Shown here one piece after another: positions 1 through 12,545 of a stretch of DNA of 64,000 bases. The translations under genes were made by a program, and so were the position numbers. This DNA comes from the human T2T-CHM13v2.0 reference genome, Homo sapiens: NCBI RefSeq assembly GCF_009914755.1, contig NC_060929.1; one strand, written 5' to 3'. Numbering within the stretch: position 1 is the first letter of the stretch; each line of letters begins with the position of its first letter. Under the pieces are notes generated by a model. That model searched no databases, was not told where the DNA came from, and was given only the letters and a program-made list of their open reading frames with translations.

Positions 1-345
1 CCAGTGGCAAATGATTAGAAATTTTAACTAAAAGAAACACATCATTAAATAGTATCAAAGTCTTAAAATGCCCAAATAAGTATACAGAAGAAAACACAAA
101 GCTTTGTTAAGAGATGTTCAACAATACAGAAATACATAGAGTTGTACTACATTTATCAATAATGAGAATTAATCTAGATGATTTTTAAAATGTACTTGAA
201 AGAGTACATGACCATGAATATCTGAAGAAGACTCTGGAGTGAGGTTAGCTTACTAAACATTAAGCCGTTATCATTACAAAACTACAATGCTTAAAAGTGT
301 GTGGTGCTAGTGCAGAGGTAGACATTATATCAAGGTAAGAAATTA
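1..345 (+). mobile_element. Old L1 (L1M-type) ORF2 remnant
   Basis: A-rich degenerate L1 ORF2-like text, e.g. cattacaaaactacaatgcttaaaagtgtgtggtgctagtgcagaggtagacat, resembling the YYKATVIKTVWYW..RHID-coding segment. Confidence 0.6.
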
Positions 346-1117
346 CTCTGATGCAGTTGCCACATCCTAGTACACTACCAGGCAAGCATTCGATTTTCCA
401 TGGAGCCATAGAGACTCACAAAACAAATAAGAATCACACAGTTTTTGAAGAACTCACAAATATTGAGCAATACATAAGAGGGTATATATTGGAAATTTAA
501 GCACCTAGAGTGGTTTGCAAGCAGAAGGCAGAATGGGAGGACCACATGTGAAAATCTAGATGCACTGTTACACAAGATCTCCTTCGGTTCCTGACATTAG
601 TCTTTCCCAGTGCCAGTGTAACAGTGTGGTTATAAGAACCAGGCTGAAGATGAGAAAGGATTCTCAGCATAGGCAAGCAGCCTCGAATCGTAGACACTTG
701 CTTCATGAGAAAATGCAGAAGCAAGTGTATTGGACACAGCTGCAACTCACTTTTTCCTGCTGAGTAGCAATATTTGTATCTGGGCAGAAGATGCACAGAG
801 TCCAAACAGGTGTCACCAAAGAATGTGCAATATAGCTGTAATTCTGTAGGTGACAGACCCATGTTTTATAGTTACTAATTTTAACTGGGTTGTTTTAATC
901 CTTTATTTTTATTAGCATTACTTTTAATATCCCCATCCTTTTTCAAACTTATTTCCAACACACGTTTATAGTCTATCTAAGTAAAACTCTATCACACAGG
1001 TAACTACTTACAACCCATCTATATTTGCTAGTTATTCCTATTGGTGTATGTATTTATTTCTCTTGTTTGTATGGCATAGTGAGACATTCTCAACAAACAC
1101 AACAAGCACAAATTTCT

Positions 1118-2155
1118 CGATACAATAAAATAAAGATTTCCGAAACAGAACCGTACAAGCATAGAACTTTGATGTATGACACAGATGGCTTGACAGATGA
1201 GTGGAAAAAAGAGACAAATATTCAATAAATAAAGCTGAAAAAATAATTTTCTATAAAGCATGCATATATAATGTATATTTTAATACCTACATCATACCAT
1301 ATACAAAAATTATCTCCAAACAGGTTAATAAGTTAAGTAACAAAAATAGAAACTAAAACTCAGTAGAAAATAAATGTTAATATATTTTCGAACTTGGTGC
1401 CACAAAATATTTCTTGAATAATACACAAAAATATTAACTATGAAAGAAAACGTTAGTAAGCTTGACCATATTTAAATTTTAAAACTTTTGTCTATCAAAA
1501 GATGCCTTAAGTACAGTGTAAAAAATTACAAACTTTAAGAAGTTATTCACAATATATGCAACCAGTAGATTTTGGAATTAAGAATATATAACGAAAGCCT
1601 ACAAATTCAGAAGAAAAACACAAACAATCCAATCTAAAAGGCACAAAATATATAAACAGACATTTCACAGAAGCAGAAAGTAAATGGACACTAAGCACTT
1701 CAAAGAAAGTTTAACATTATTAGTGACAGAAAAGTATAAACCAAGACTTTGATGAAACACCATCTTAAACATATTATTGATAAAAATTAAAAAGCCTCCA
1801 AGAAGTCTTTTGGAAGCCTCCAAGAAGATGTAGATGAAGAGAAGCTCTTGAATGTAAGATGCCAATATTTGTGGCAATGAGGGCTACTTTTTGGAAAGGA
1901 GTTTGGCGTAGTTTCTTCAGGTTGAATGGTCACATGCCCCCTTCCTTAGGAGTATATCCAAGGAACACTTCCTAAGGGAGGAGTGTGCAGTAATGTTCGT
2001 GCCAACACTTTTTCAGTGGCAGAAACCTACAGCCCGCCTTGAATGCCCATCAACTTGAGAGTGGACAAGTAAACTGGGGTATATTCACCTAATGAAATAT
2101 GCGACAGCAGACAAACCAATGAACACAGTGGCACAACAAGGTGGGTAAATCTAAA
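1118..2155 (+). mobile_element. Old L1 (L1ME-like) 3' ORF2 remnant; likely continues at ~2595-2855 after the MLT2 insertion
   Basis: Colinear L1 landmarks: catcataccatatacaaaaatta, aaacagacatttcacagaag, gaatgcccatcaac...gtggacaagtaaactggggtatattca. Confidence 0.75.
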
Positions 2156-2168
2156 GCCCAACACATTC

Positions 2169-2594
2169 TTTGACAGTTCATTTTATGTGCCTAATTAACA
2201 AGGTTATGGTGCCTAAATCATTTGGTCAAATACGAGTCTAGATGTTGCTATGAGGATACTTTTTAGAAGTGTGTAACATTTAAATAAGTACACTTTGAGT
2301 AAAGCAGATTACCCCTCATCACATGAGTGGGCCTTGTCTAATCAGTCGACAGCCTTAAGAGCAAAGATTGAGGTTGTGAAGCAGAAAGGATTCTCCTGCA
2401 GACTGCAATATAGAATTCCCACGTGACTTCCCAGGCTGCACGCTATGAAATTGACTCAAGACTGCCACATCAACTTTTCTCTGACTTTTTAGCCTGCTCA
2501 CCTGCCCTACAGATTTTAAACTCGCCAGCCCCCACAACCTCATGAGCCAATTCATTGAAATCCCTCTCTCTCTCTCTCATCCCTGACTAACACA
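2169..2594 (+). mobile_element. ERVL solo LTR, MLT2 family (MLT2C/D-like)
   Basis: Typical MLT2 text: gttcattttatgtg..., ctttgagtaaagcagattaccc, gccagcccccacaacctcatgagccaattc, (TC)n, ends ccctgactaacaca. Confidence 0.85.
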
Positions 2595-2856
2595 GCAATA
2601 AAGACTCATTCAACAACTAATTTTTGATCATTTAAATGGCTAAAATTATAAATGTATATAATTTTAGATATACATATGGATGCAATAAAATCGTAAGTAA
2701 AGAAAAGCAAGAGAATAAAGAACACAGAATAAAAGATGATTTTTATTAGGGGTGAGAGGAGACGAAAGGAAGCGATGGAGTGGAACATGTTGTTACATGC
2801 ATGTTATTATTAAGGTCACACTTGTTTTTTGAGGGTGGGTTCATGAGAACTAGTTA

Positions 2857-3665
<809 letters not shown>

Positions 3666-3984
3666 AGCTGTATATCATTAAAAATAATTAATTACTTAAT
3701 AGGATCCAGACAGTATAGGCCAATGATAGCTTGCCATAAACATGAGTTGCATATGATCCAATCTTAAGCATCTGAGATCCTTTAAAATTTAAGTGAATAA
3801 GTGAATCAATCAACAAGTCAGTAAGATGAATGATTTTCTGGTGCCCTTGAATTGAGATAGGAGAAGAGCCAGGGAAGACACACAGGCCAAGCAAGGTGCA
3901 CTTCCCCGCAGAGAAGCTCATCTCGCCACCGCATCAGCCAGGTGGAGGAAGCAGGATCATTTGCAAGATCTTGCTGCCTTCTGG

Positions 3985-4115
3985 AATCACCAGGGTAGGA
4001 GAAAATTCCAATGCCTGGATCTCACCCCCAGTTATTCATGTTTAATTGATCTCAGATGTAGCCTAGGCATCAAAATAGTCTCAGACCTTCCAAGTGATTC
4101 TAAGGAGCAGCTGTT
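3985..4115. mobile_element. MER5-like hAT-Charlie element fragment
   Basis: aatgcctggatctcacccccag...attgatctcagatgtagcctaggcatc...ccaagtgattctaaggagcagc resembles the MER5A/B body. Confidence 0.6.
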
Positions 4116-7100
4116 GTGATTCCCCAGAAGAGAAGGTGCATTTTATTCCACAGGTGGGTGGACAGTTGCTTAAAGTTAGTTTTCAGCCAGTGGAGAACTT
4201 GAGTTGATTTTCTCTGTAGAAAGAGTGCTCTAGGGACACAACAGGATGGATGGTAAAGAGGAGAATTCGGAGGTCAAGGAGCAGGTTGGAGGTAGCTCTT
4301 CTCTGTGGCAGTGGAGAAAAGGTGACATATCTGAGACATGAAGTGATGGAACTAAACCTGCTGACCAGTGAGTTCAGCGGCTGAAGGGAAGACAGAGGAT
4401 GGTCTAGGAGGAGCTGGAATTCTGGCCTCTGACCTGGTGCTTAGGGAGGCTGCAGTCAATGAGAAGTGGGGATGGGAGAGGAATGCCTGGCCTTCTCATA
4501 CGTAGCCTGTGCCAGCATGAAAATTGTTCTTAGAAGTGTGTTGGCTGCAGGAAAAGATGTGTGAGTTGCTAAAGTGGCTAGAGGCTTGGGTCTTGGGACA
4601 GGAGTGAGGGAAAATGTGTAGGTGCTATTTGCATTGCCTGTCAAAAGGCTCCTGTGCTGTGTTCAGAAACCATTGCTGCCTATTCTTGGAGCTCTTTGTG
4701 CCATGTCTGTTGGCGGCTCGGTTCTTCTGGGGAGCAGGACTACTGCAACTGTGCTGCGGGACCCAAGACTCTCCAGAATTAGGTGCCCTGGGGCCAGTTG
4801 GGGCCCCACCTCTGTCTTAAAGTATCCAAAATGTTTAGTGTAGTCCCACAAACATCTGTCCCGCTTTTGTTTTTTGCTTGTTTTTGAATGAAAAGTGATG
4901 ATCCATTAAATCTACAGCTAAAATCCTTAGAAAATAATATTGAATTTTCTTGATCTACAGCAAGCCACTTAAAAGTCATTAATAATCAGATTGATATTAA
5001 TATTAAAAATCATACTAATGATTAAGAATCAAATAAAAGTTTACTCTTTTATTAATTTATTATTAGTCATATTTATAATTAATTTATTATAAATTAATAA
5101 ATAATGTACTGAAAGCCTAGTTTCCAATTATTTATACAATATAATTTTTTTTCCCTAGTTCGTCACTTTTGAGCTTAAGAGAACTAAGGGTGAAAGCATT
5201 GAAATCCACATGGGAAGTTCAAATCATCAAAGCCCACCTCCTTTGAATGACTTTGTTTCATTCTCCTTTGGTTTCTTATTATGGATGATGTTCATTTAAT
5301 TATAGTCAGATGATTTAACCTGAATTTTTAAGATGAAGAAGAGAAACGCAAAGTGAGAAATCTATCCTTGTATTGCTGATCCCTGAAATCGCTGGTGTTG
5401 AAGTTTGCCTGGACAACATGCGCTGAGAGGTGCCTGGAAGGAATGAGACGGGGGTCAGGAAGTGCATCCCCTTTCAATGGCCTTGTATTCCTGAACCTAA
5501 AACAAGCAATTCCAGCAGAAATGTTTGTCAAATTAAACCAGGAAATACGTCAGTATTTTTGAAGGAAATGAGGAGCAGAGGGAAAGTGTCTCTAGTTTGT
5601 GAAAATACAGAGAGGAAAGCATGCCTGGAAGCCTGTGGCCCGGGCCTTGCCTCCGTCAGGTTCTCTTCACTCTGGAAGGACGCAGTGACCTTCGTGGCGT
5701 AAAGGTCAGGGCCGAGTCAGAGGGGTGGGCCTGCCGCCGGCTCCTGCCTAACTAGACTTCACAGTCTGCACCTTTTGAAAGCACTGAGTAGCAATATCTG
5801 CAAGTGCTCGGCCTGCAAGATGAGCTGCGGTGAAGACCAGGACAGCCGGGGAGGTAGGGAAGCGTCAGGAGTCCTGTTGGGGATTGAAGCAGAGCCAGCC
5901 CTGTCCGCTTCAGCCACCGGAGCAGTGACTGGTGTGGGACCTGGCTCCTTGGGCCACTCAGAATCCTCAGAGTCCAGCAGGAATCAACTCCCGTGATCTC
6001 CTAAGGTAGGAAGAACACACAATTGCGTTTGGAAACACAGTTCATACGATTTTCTAATATATGCGCATATAAAGAGCCACCTTCCAAAATAATCACAAAG
6101 AAGTCTCACTTTGTATTATGTGAGGTTGGCACTTCACTCCAGACAGAAAAAGACAACTTCTGACGGAATCTTACCGTTCACAACTGGAAAAAGGAGGAAA
6201 TGCTTGTGGTCTTTCTCTCCTGCACAATAAGAGGTTTTAAGGTAGTTAAATGCCTCACCCCTGGGCTGGGAACACGTGGGTGACTTGAAACTCTACTCCT
6301 TGATTCTGAACGTGAACATAAACCATTCGGCTGATGGAGGGACTGTAACAGTACATGTCTGGAATGTAGAGAGGCATTTATGATAATTAGAAATAATCAA
6401 ATCCATACTAAGGAAGTATGGGCAAGAGAATGTTCACTAATTTGTAGCTAAATGACTTTAGGACCTTAAGGTAGAATTTCCAGGTGGTGCTTATAGGTCT
6501 CATAAACACTTGATTTAAAGGGGCAATATTAACATGGAGGTTTATGATCAGAGCATTGAAATTAAATTGATTGTGCCTGCTCTGGCTCTAAAAATAAAAA
6601 CGGAATAATATTTTGGCTACCTACGTTAAAAGGCTGAAAGGAATGACTTACATAGCAGAGCAACATCTGACATCAGCGTGGCTCAAGGGCTGTGCAGGCA
6701 GAAGGGACAGGGAAAACCCCCCGTGGGTAAATGCATGCTCAGATGGCTTCAATTCTAACCTGACTCTGCCTGTGAATTGCAGATGTCACGTGGGGTTTGG
6801 TTTTCTTTCTCTGCGCACTCCTGGGAAAGCTGGGGATTGGGGTGTCTGCCTGGGACGCTGAGACAGAGCTGACACCCCGCTGTGTGAGAGGTTGATGAAG
6901 CCTCTCTAATGGAAAAGTGCTGAACAAGGTTGAGGGTGGCTGTCCAAAAAGTGGACCTCCACGTTTGGGCACTGTGTAGAGTGTGCAAAGCAAGGGGAGA
7001 ACTAAGGGGTCTTTGATGAGGTTAGCAAGATAGTGGGGTGGGCCATCATGGTGAACTGGAGAGAGATACGAGGCATCCTTAGGGAAACAGAGGGTGGCTT

Positions 7101-7454
7101 AGAAAGGGATCTTTGGGCACTTCCAGTTTGTGGGAGGAAATCTCTAAGAGTATTAAGTATATTGAGATATTATCTGGAAAACTGAGATAGTAACACAAAT
7201 TCCTGTCCCAGCTACCTATAGATTTGTTGGGAAAATCATACGAGAAAGTATACTGAAATCATCCTTACACTACAAAGTTTAGTTTAAATGCAAGCCCATA
7301 TGTAACCTATGTGAAGAGGTTGATAATTATTTGTTGAATGAACAAGATCAATGTGTGAGCGGTAGTGTAAGAAAAGAGGAAAACCACTAGTGAAGGATTT
7401 GAAAGCATGGGTCTTTGTCTCTCCTAAGACATTCACTGGCCATTTGGGGATAAC

Positions 7455-7635
7455 TCAGCACAGCAGTTAAGAAGACCAATCCTGCCATCGGGATTTTACT
7501 CCGAATTTAGCTTTCGTATTCCCTGTGCCTCAGTTTTCTCATCTGCAAAATAAGGTGATAACATTACCTAGCTTAAGAGTTGCATCACGATTAAAGGACT
7601 TGATCCACATAAAATTCTCCATGAAGTAAAAGCCT
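7455..7635 (+). mobile_element. MIR
   Basis: MIR core ctgtgcctcagttttctcatctgcaaaataaggtgataacattaccta. Confidence 0.75.
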
Positions 7636-7639
7636 CAGC

Positions 7640-8085
7640 AGAAAGACGGGGCTAGGGAGAGAAACTTGGAGTTGTTGGGGCAGAGATGATATTGGAAGTC
7701 ATGAGACTGGATAATATAACAGGGAAAGATGTAGACAGAGAAAGTTTAAAAGATTGAGTTCTGAGGCTCACTGACTTTAAGAGGTTGGGCATATAAGAAG
7801 GAAACAGAAAATAAGTTGTTTCTCCCCCTGAGAAGGAGGAGCCAGTAAGTTAGAAAGGAAAGCAGGGCAGGATGGGTTTCAGGACCTCATAAATTCAGAG
7901 CTTCTGAGGAACAGCAATTGACTAACCATGTTAAATGGTGCTCATGGGTCAGAGAAAATGAAATCTGAGACTTGACCATTGGATTTCACAATGTGAAGAT
8001 CATTTTTGACTTTAACAAAAATGCTTCCAAGGGAAAGATGGGGGCAAAACTTCACAGAAGAGAACTCAAGATGAGAGCAATAACA
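7640..8085 (-). mobile_element. L2 fragment
   Basis: ttggaagtcatgagactggat..., gacttgaccattggatttcacaatgtgaagatcatttttgactttaacaa, typical antisense L2 ORF2 text. Confidence 0.7.
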
Positions 8086-8298
8086 GCATGTTATGATGGG
8101 CCTGAGGCCCTGGAAGACCTGAATCATCAACACAAGTTTCATGTAGGTCTTTCTCTCTGTGTCTGGGAATGCCCATCCCATCCCCATTCCTGCTCTAACA
8201 GTCTCCACAGAGTCCCCTGAGCATCAGCCTAAACAACTGGACTAGCAAGATTCCGGTGGCTCAAACACAAATACAGGCCTGGAAAAAGTACCATGCAT

Positions 8299-8618
8299 GG
8301 TCGGGCACAGTGGTGCATGGCCAGGCACAGTGGTGCACACCTGTTATTCCAGCAATTTGGAAGGCCAAGGCAGGCGGATCACTTGAGGTCAGGAGTTTGA
8401 GACCACCCTGGCCAACAATGGCAAAACCCAGTCTCTGCTAAAAATACAAAAATTAGCCACACGTGGTGGCACACTCCTGTAGTCCCAGCTACTCAGGAGG
8501 CTGAGGCAGGAGAATCACTTGAACCCTGGAGGTGGAGGTTGCAGTGAGTTGGGGTCAGACCACTGTACTATGGCCTGGGTAAGAGAGTGAGACTCTGTCT
8601 CAAAAAAAAAAAAAAAAA
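8299..8618 (+). mobile_element. Alu (AluS-like) with duplicated first 20 bp
   Basis: Full dimer with poly(A) 8602-8618; TSD aaaaagtaccatgcatg (8283-8299) / aaaaagtgccatgcatg (8614-8630). Confidence 0.95.
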
Positions 8619-9034
8619 GTGCCATGCATGTCTCTGGAGTAAGCTAGGGGCTCTATAAAGTCAGAAATAATCTAGTTTGATGAGAAAATGGAGTAGAAAA
8701 AGATAAAAGACGAAGCCTTAACTTTTCAGGGCAAAATGGCCCAGTTGAGCATTGCACGGAAGCATCTCATGGGCAGTACAGAGTGTCTTCTATTCTGACC
8801 CTGTTTCATGTGTTTATATAGTCCAAATATATCAAGTAATTGGATTGTTTCTATGTCCTTTAATAGAAAGGCTTTTATTTTAAAGATGTTTATTTAATAC
8901 ACATCATGTACAGACTTTATGCACAGGTGGGAATCAAATGACAAATCTACAACTCACAATACCTTAGAACACAAATAATTTTCACACACATCATTTTCTT
9001 TTTCATTTAGTGTTGAAATTCAGTTCACAGCATT

Positions 9035-10465
9035 CTGCTCATGGCCTTCCCCAAAACTCATGTCCTTCTCACATGCAAAATATATTCCTTCCATGTCAAT
9101 AGCCCCAAAAGTCTGAACTCATTTCAACATTAACACCAAAGTCTAAGCTCCAAAGTCTCATCTGAATGTCATCTAAACTTGACTTGGGAATTTCTTCCTA
9201 ATGCAAAATTTTTCTTCAGCTGTGAACCTGTGAAATCAGAGGCCTTTCATAAAGTAATGAAGGACCAGGCATGGGATATATATTCCCATTTCAAAAGCGA
9301 GAAAAAGAAGGAGTGGCAGGTATCAAGCAAGTCCAATACCTAGAAAGGCAAATTTCATTAGATATTAATATTCAAGAAAAATCCTCCTTGGCTCAATTTT
9401 CTGCTTCCTAAGCCCAGTGGGGTGGCAGCATCCCTCCCAAGGCTCAGCAGGGTACTCTCCACCCCAAGGCCTTCTGGCTCTCTTTCTGGGCTTTGTCCAT
9501 GCTGGAGCTCTGCCAGGCAGGGTTGCCCTTTCAGTCCTTTGCCCTGACCCCAGGACTTGGGTGACCCCAATCCCACATCTTCTGTTGGAGAAAAGGGCCT
9601 GAGTCTACCCTGTTACAACATAGGCAGTGGCCCTGATGATCTCTAATTCAACACTGGGATCCTTCTTCCTTTATCTTGAGGGATAGCACTCATTTTCGGC
9701 CTTCTTTCATTTCATACAGTGTTTTCTGTTTTCTCACTCCCAGCTGTCCATGTTTCTGCTGGGATAATCCCATCTCTATTCCCGGCATCTATTAGATGAC
9801 TATTATATCCATGGTTCACACCAATACTGAAATCCTTGTCAAGGTTGTTACATCCCACCCTTAAAGACCTCTTCTGAGCTAGCTGTCTTCCTCATTTTTT
9901 ATAGTATGACCGGGCTGAGAATTTTTCAAATCTTTAAGTTCTGGTTCCTTTTTGCTTAACAATTCTATCTTCAGTTCTTTTCTGTCTTCCCACATTCAGA
10001 AAGAATCAAGCCACTCCTTCTACGCTTTGCTTAGAAATCACCTCAGCTAAATATTGAATTTCATTGCACTCAAGTTCTACCTCCCACAAAACATTAGAAG
10101 ATGAACACAATTTAGTTGAGCTCTGTGTCACTGTATATTAAGGGTGGCCTTTCCTTCAGTTTCCTCATTTCTGTCTGAGACCTCATCAGAATGGCCTTTG
10201 GCATCTACATTTCTCTCAACATTGTGTTGATGATTCCTTATGCATTCTCCAGAAACACAGAAGCTTTCTCTATAACTTTTTTTTTTTCTCTCTCTGAGTC
10301 CTTAGCAGAGCCACATCTAAAAACCCCTTCACAGCAATCTGGGCCTTTTCTTGCATATACTTTCCAACTGTTCCAGCCTCTCTATCCATTACCCAGTTCT
10401 AAAGCAGCTTCCACATTTTTAAGTATTTCTTTTACAATAGCACCCCAATTCCTGGTACCAATTTC
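9035..10465 (-). mobile_element. MaLR internal sequence (MLT1A/MST-int-like), partial
   Basis: aaaactcatgtccttctcacatgcaaaata..., ends gcttccacatttttaagtatt...gcaccccaattcctggtaccaatttc directly abutting an LTR, the canonical MaLR int/LTR junction. Confidence 0.85.
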
Positions 10466-10839
10466 TGTATTAGTCAACTTGGACTGCTATAACAAAAACA
10501 TCATACACTGAGTGGCTTAAACAACAACATTTATGTCTCACCATTCTGGAGGCTGGGAATTGAAGAACCAGACCCCAGTAGACCCAGCGTCTTGAGAGGG
10601 TCTGCTTTCTGGTTTGCAGATGGCCATTTTCTTGCTGTATCTTCACATGGCAAAGAACAGAGAAAGAGAAGCAAGGCCTATGGCATCTTTTTTACAAGGG
10701 CACAAATCCCATCATAGTGACTCTACCCTCATGATCTGGTCACCTCCCAAAGGCCCCACTTATTAATACTATCATATTGGGGGTTAGAACTTCAGCAATG
10801 AAAGTGGAGAGGGGAGACACAAGAATGTAGTTCAGAGCA
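10466..10839 (-). mobile_element. MaLR LTR, MLT1A-like
   Basis: tgtattagtc...gtggcttaaacaaca...ttctggaggctgggaa...cacctcccaaaggcccca...tgggggttaga...ttcagagca. Confidence 0.9.
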
Positions 10840-10844
10840 GATGT

Positions 10845-11935
10845 TCTCAGTATGTGTGATCTATGGTTGCATAACAAATTACCACACATGGATGGCTCAC
10901 AACTGCACACATGTATTATCTCATTTGTGTGTTCAGGTGTGTGCACACAGCTTAGCTGGGTCCTCTGCCAGGATCTGAAAGGCTGCAACTCAGGTGCTGG
11001 CCAGGGCTGTTATCTCATCTGAGGTGTGGGGTCTTCTTTCAAGTGTGTTGGTGATTGCAGAATCATTTCCTTGCAGCTGTAGGACTGAGTCCCTCAGCTT
11101 GCAGAAGCCATGCACCCTTCCTGGCCACTCAACCTCTGCACAACATGGTAGTCTGTTCTAAGGCCAACAGGAGAGCATTTCTACTGCTTGGAGTCTCTCA
11201 CCTCCTGACCTTCTTTCTAAGGGCTCACCTGATGAAGGTTGGCCTGCCAGGATAATTTACCTTTTGGAAAGCCAAAATTCAACAGATCTGAGACTTTAAT
11301 TATGTCTGTAGAATCTTTTTGCCTTTGCCATAAAATGCAACCTAATCATGGGTGTGATGCTTTGAGCTGTGTTTCCCAAAAATGATATGTTCAACCTCAA
11401 TTTCCAGTACTTGTTGTTGAGACCTTATTTGGTAAAAGGGCCTTTACAGGGGCGGCTAGGTTAAGATGGTGTCATTTGTGTGGGCTCTAAACAAATATGC
11501 TGGTGTTTTCATAAAAGGGGAAATGTGAACTCAGAGGCACACACACAGGGAGGATGCCATGGGAAGAGGAAGGCAGGGCTGAAGATCATGCTTCTATAAG
11601 CCAAAGAACACCAAAGTTTGCCAACAACCACCAGAAGCTGGGAGAGAGGTCTGGGGCAGATTCTTCCCCTCAGCCTGGAAGGAATCAATCCTGCTGACAC
11701 CTTAACCTCAGACTTCTGGCCTCCAAAACTGTGAGAAAAGAATTCTGTTGTTTAGCTACCCCCCTTCCCCCACGCCAGTCTAAGGTACTTTGTTACGGCA
11801 TCCCCAAGAAGCTAGGACAATGGCAGTGGCATCCCGTCATATTCACAGTCCTGCCTACACTGGAAGAGAAGGGAATATACAGAGTATGAACACCAGGGAG
11901 AGGAAATCTTGGGGCTGGAATTCTGCTCAGCACAT
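10845..11935 (-). mobile_element. MaLR LTR, MLT1E/F-like, split by a nested MLT1C
   Basis: gttgcataacaaattaccaca...cagcttagctgggtcctctg...ttccttgcagctgtaggactgag...aacctaatcatggg | atggcagtggcatcccgtcatattcacag. Confidence 0.8.
11353..11819 (+). mobile_element. MaLR LTR, MLT1C-like, nested
   Basis: TG...CA ends; gaccttatttggtaaaagggcctttacag, aagccaaagaacaccaaag...ccagaagct, gacttctggcctccaaaactgtgaga; 5-bp TSD atggg/atggc. Confidence 0.9.
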
Positions 11936-12064
11936 TCTGCAAAATCTCATAGCCATGTTCTTTTCTTATCTCAGCACCAAGCTCCCATACCTGCAGGGAT
12001 GCATAGAGATGCCCTTAGAAGTTTTGAGATGACCAATATAGCTGTTTCATGAATCCAAACCATT

Positions 12065-12435
12065 TGATGTGGTTTGGCTGTGTCCCCACCTAAATTTCAT
12101 CTTAAAGTGTAGTTCCCAAAATCCCCACAGGTAGTGGGTGCGACCTGGTGGGAGGTAATTGAATCAAGGGAGTGGTTACCACCATGCTGTTCTCTTGACA
12201 ATGAGTGACTGCTCAGGAGATCTGATGATTTATAAGGGGTTTTCCTCCTTTTGCTCTGCCTTCTCCTTGCTGCTGCCATGTGAAGAAGGACGTGTTTGCT
12301 TCCCCTTCACCATGATTGTAAGTTTCCTGATGTTTCCCTAGCCCTGCAAAAGTGTGAGTAAATTAAACCTCTTTCTTTTATAAATTACCCAGTCTCAGAT
12401 ATGTCTTTATTAGCAGATGAGAACAGACTAATACA
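12065..12435 (+). mobile_element. THE1 solo LTR (THE1C/D-like)
   Basis: tgatgtggtttggctgtgtccccacc ... gaacagactaataca; perfect 5-bp TSD ccatt (12060-12064, 12436-12440). Confidence 0.95.
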
Positions 12436-12454
12436 CCATTACAGTATATGTTGC

Positions 12455-12545
12455 CCAGTACTATGTGTAGCATCTCAGGGCTTCAGTTTTCTCATTTGTA
12501 AAATTAGAGGGTTTAGTTAAATGATCCCTAAAGTTCTTCATTTTG
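12455..12545 (+). mobile_element. MIR fragment
   Basis: gcttcagttttctcatttgtaaaattagaggg...aaatgatccctaaagttcttc. Confidence 0.65.
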
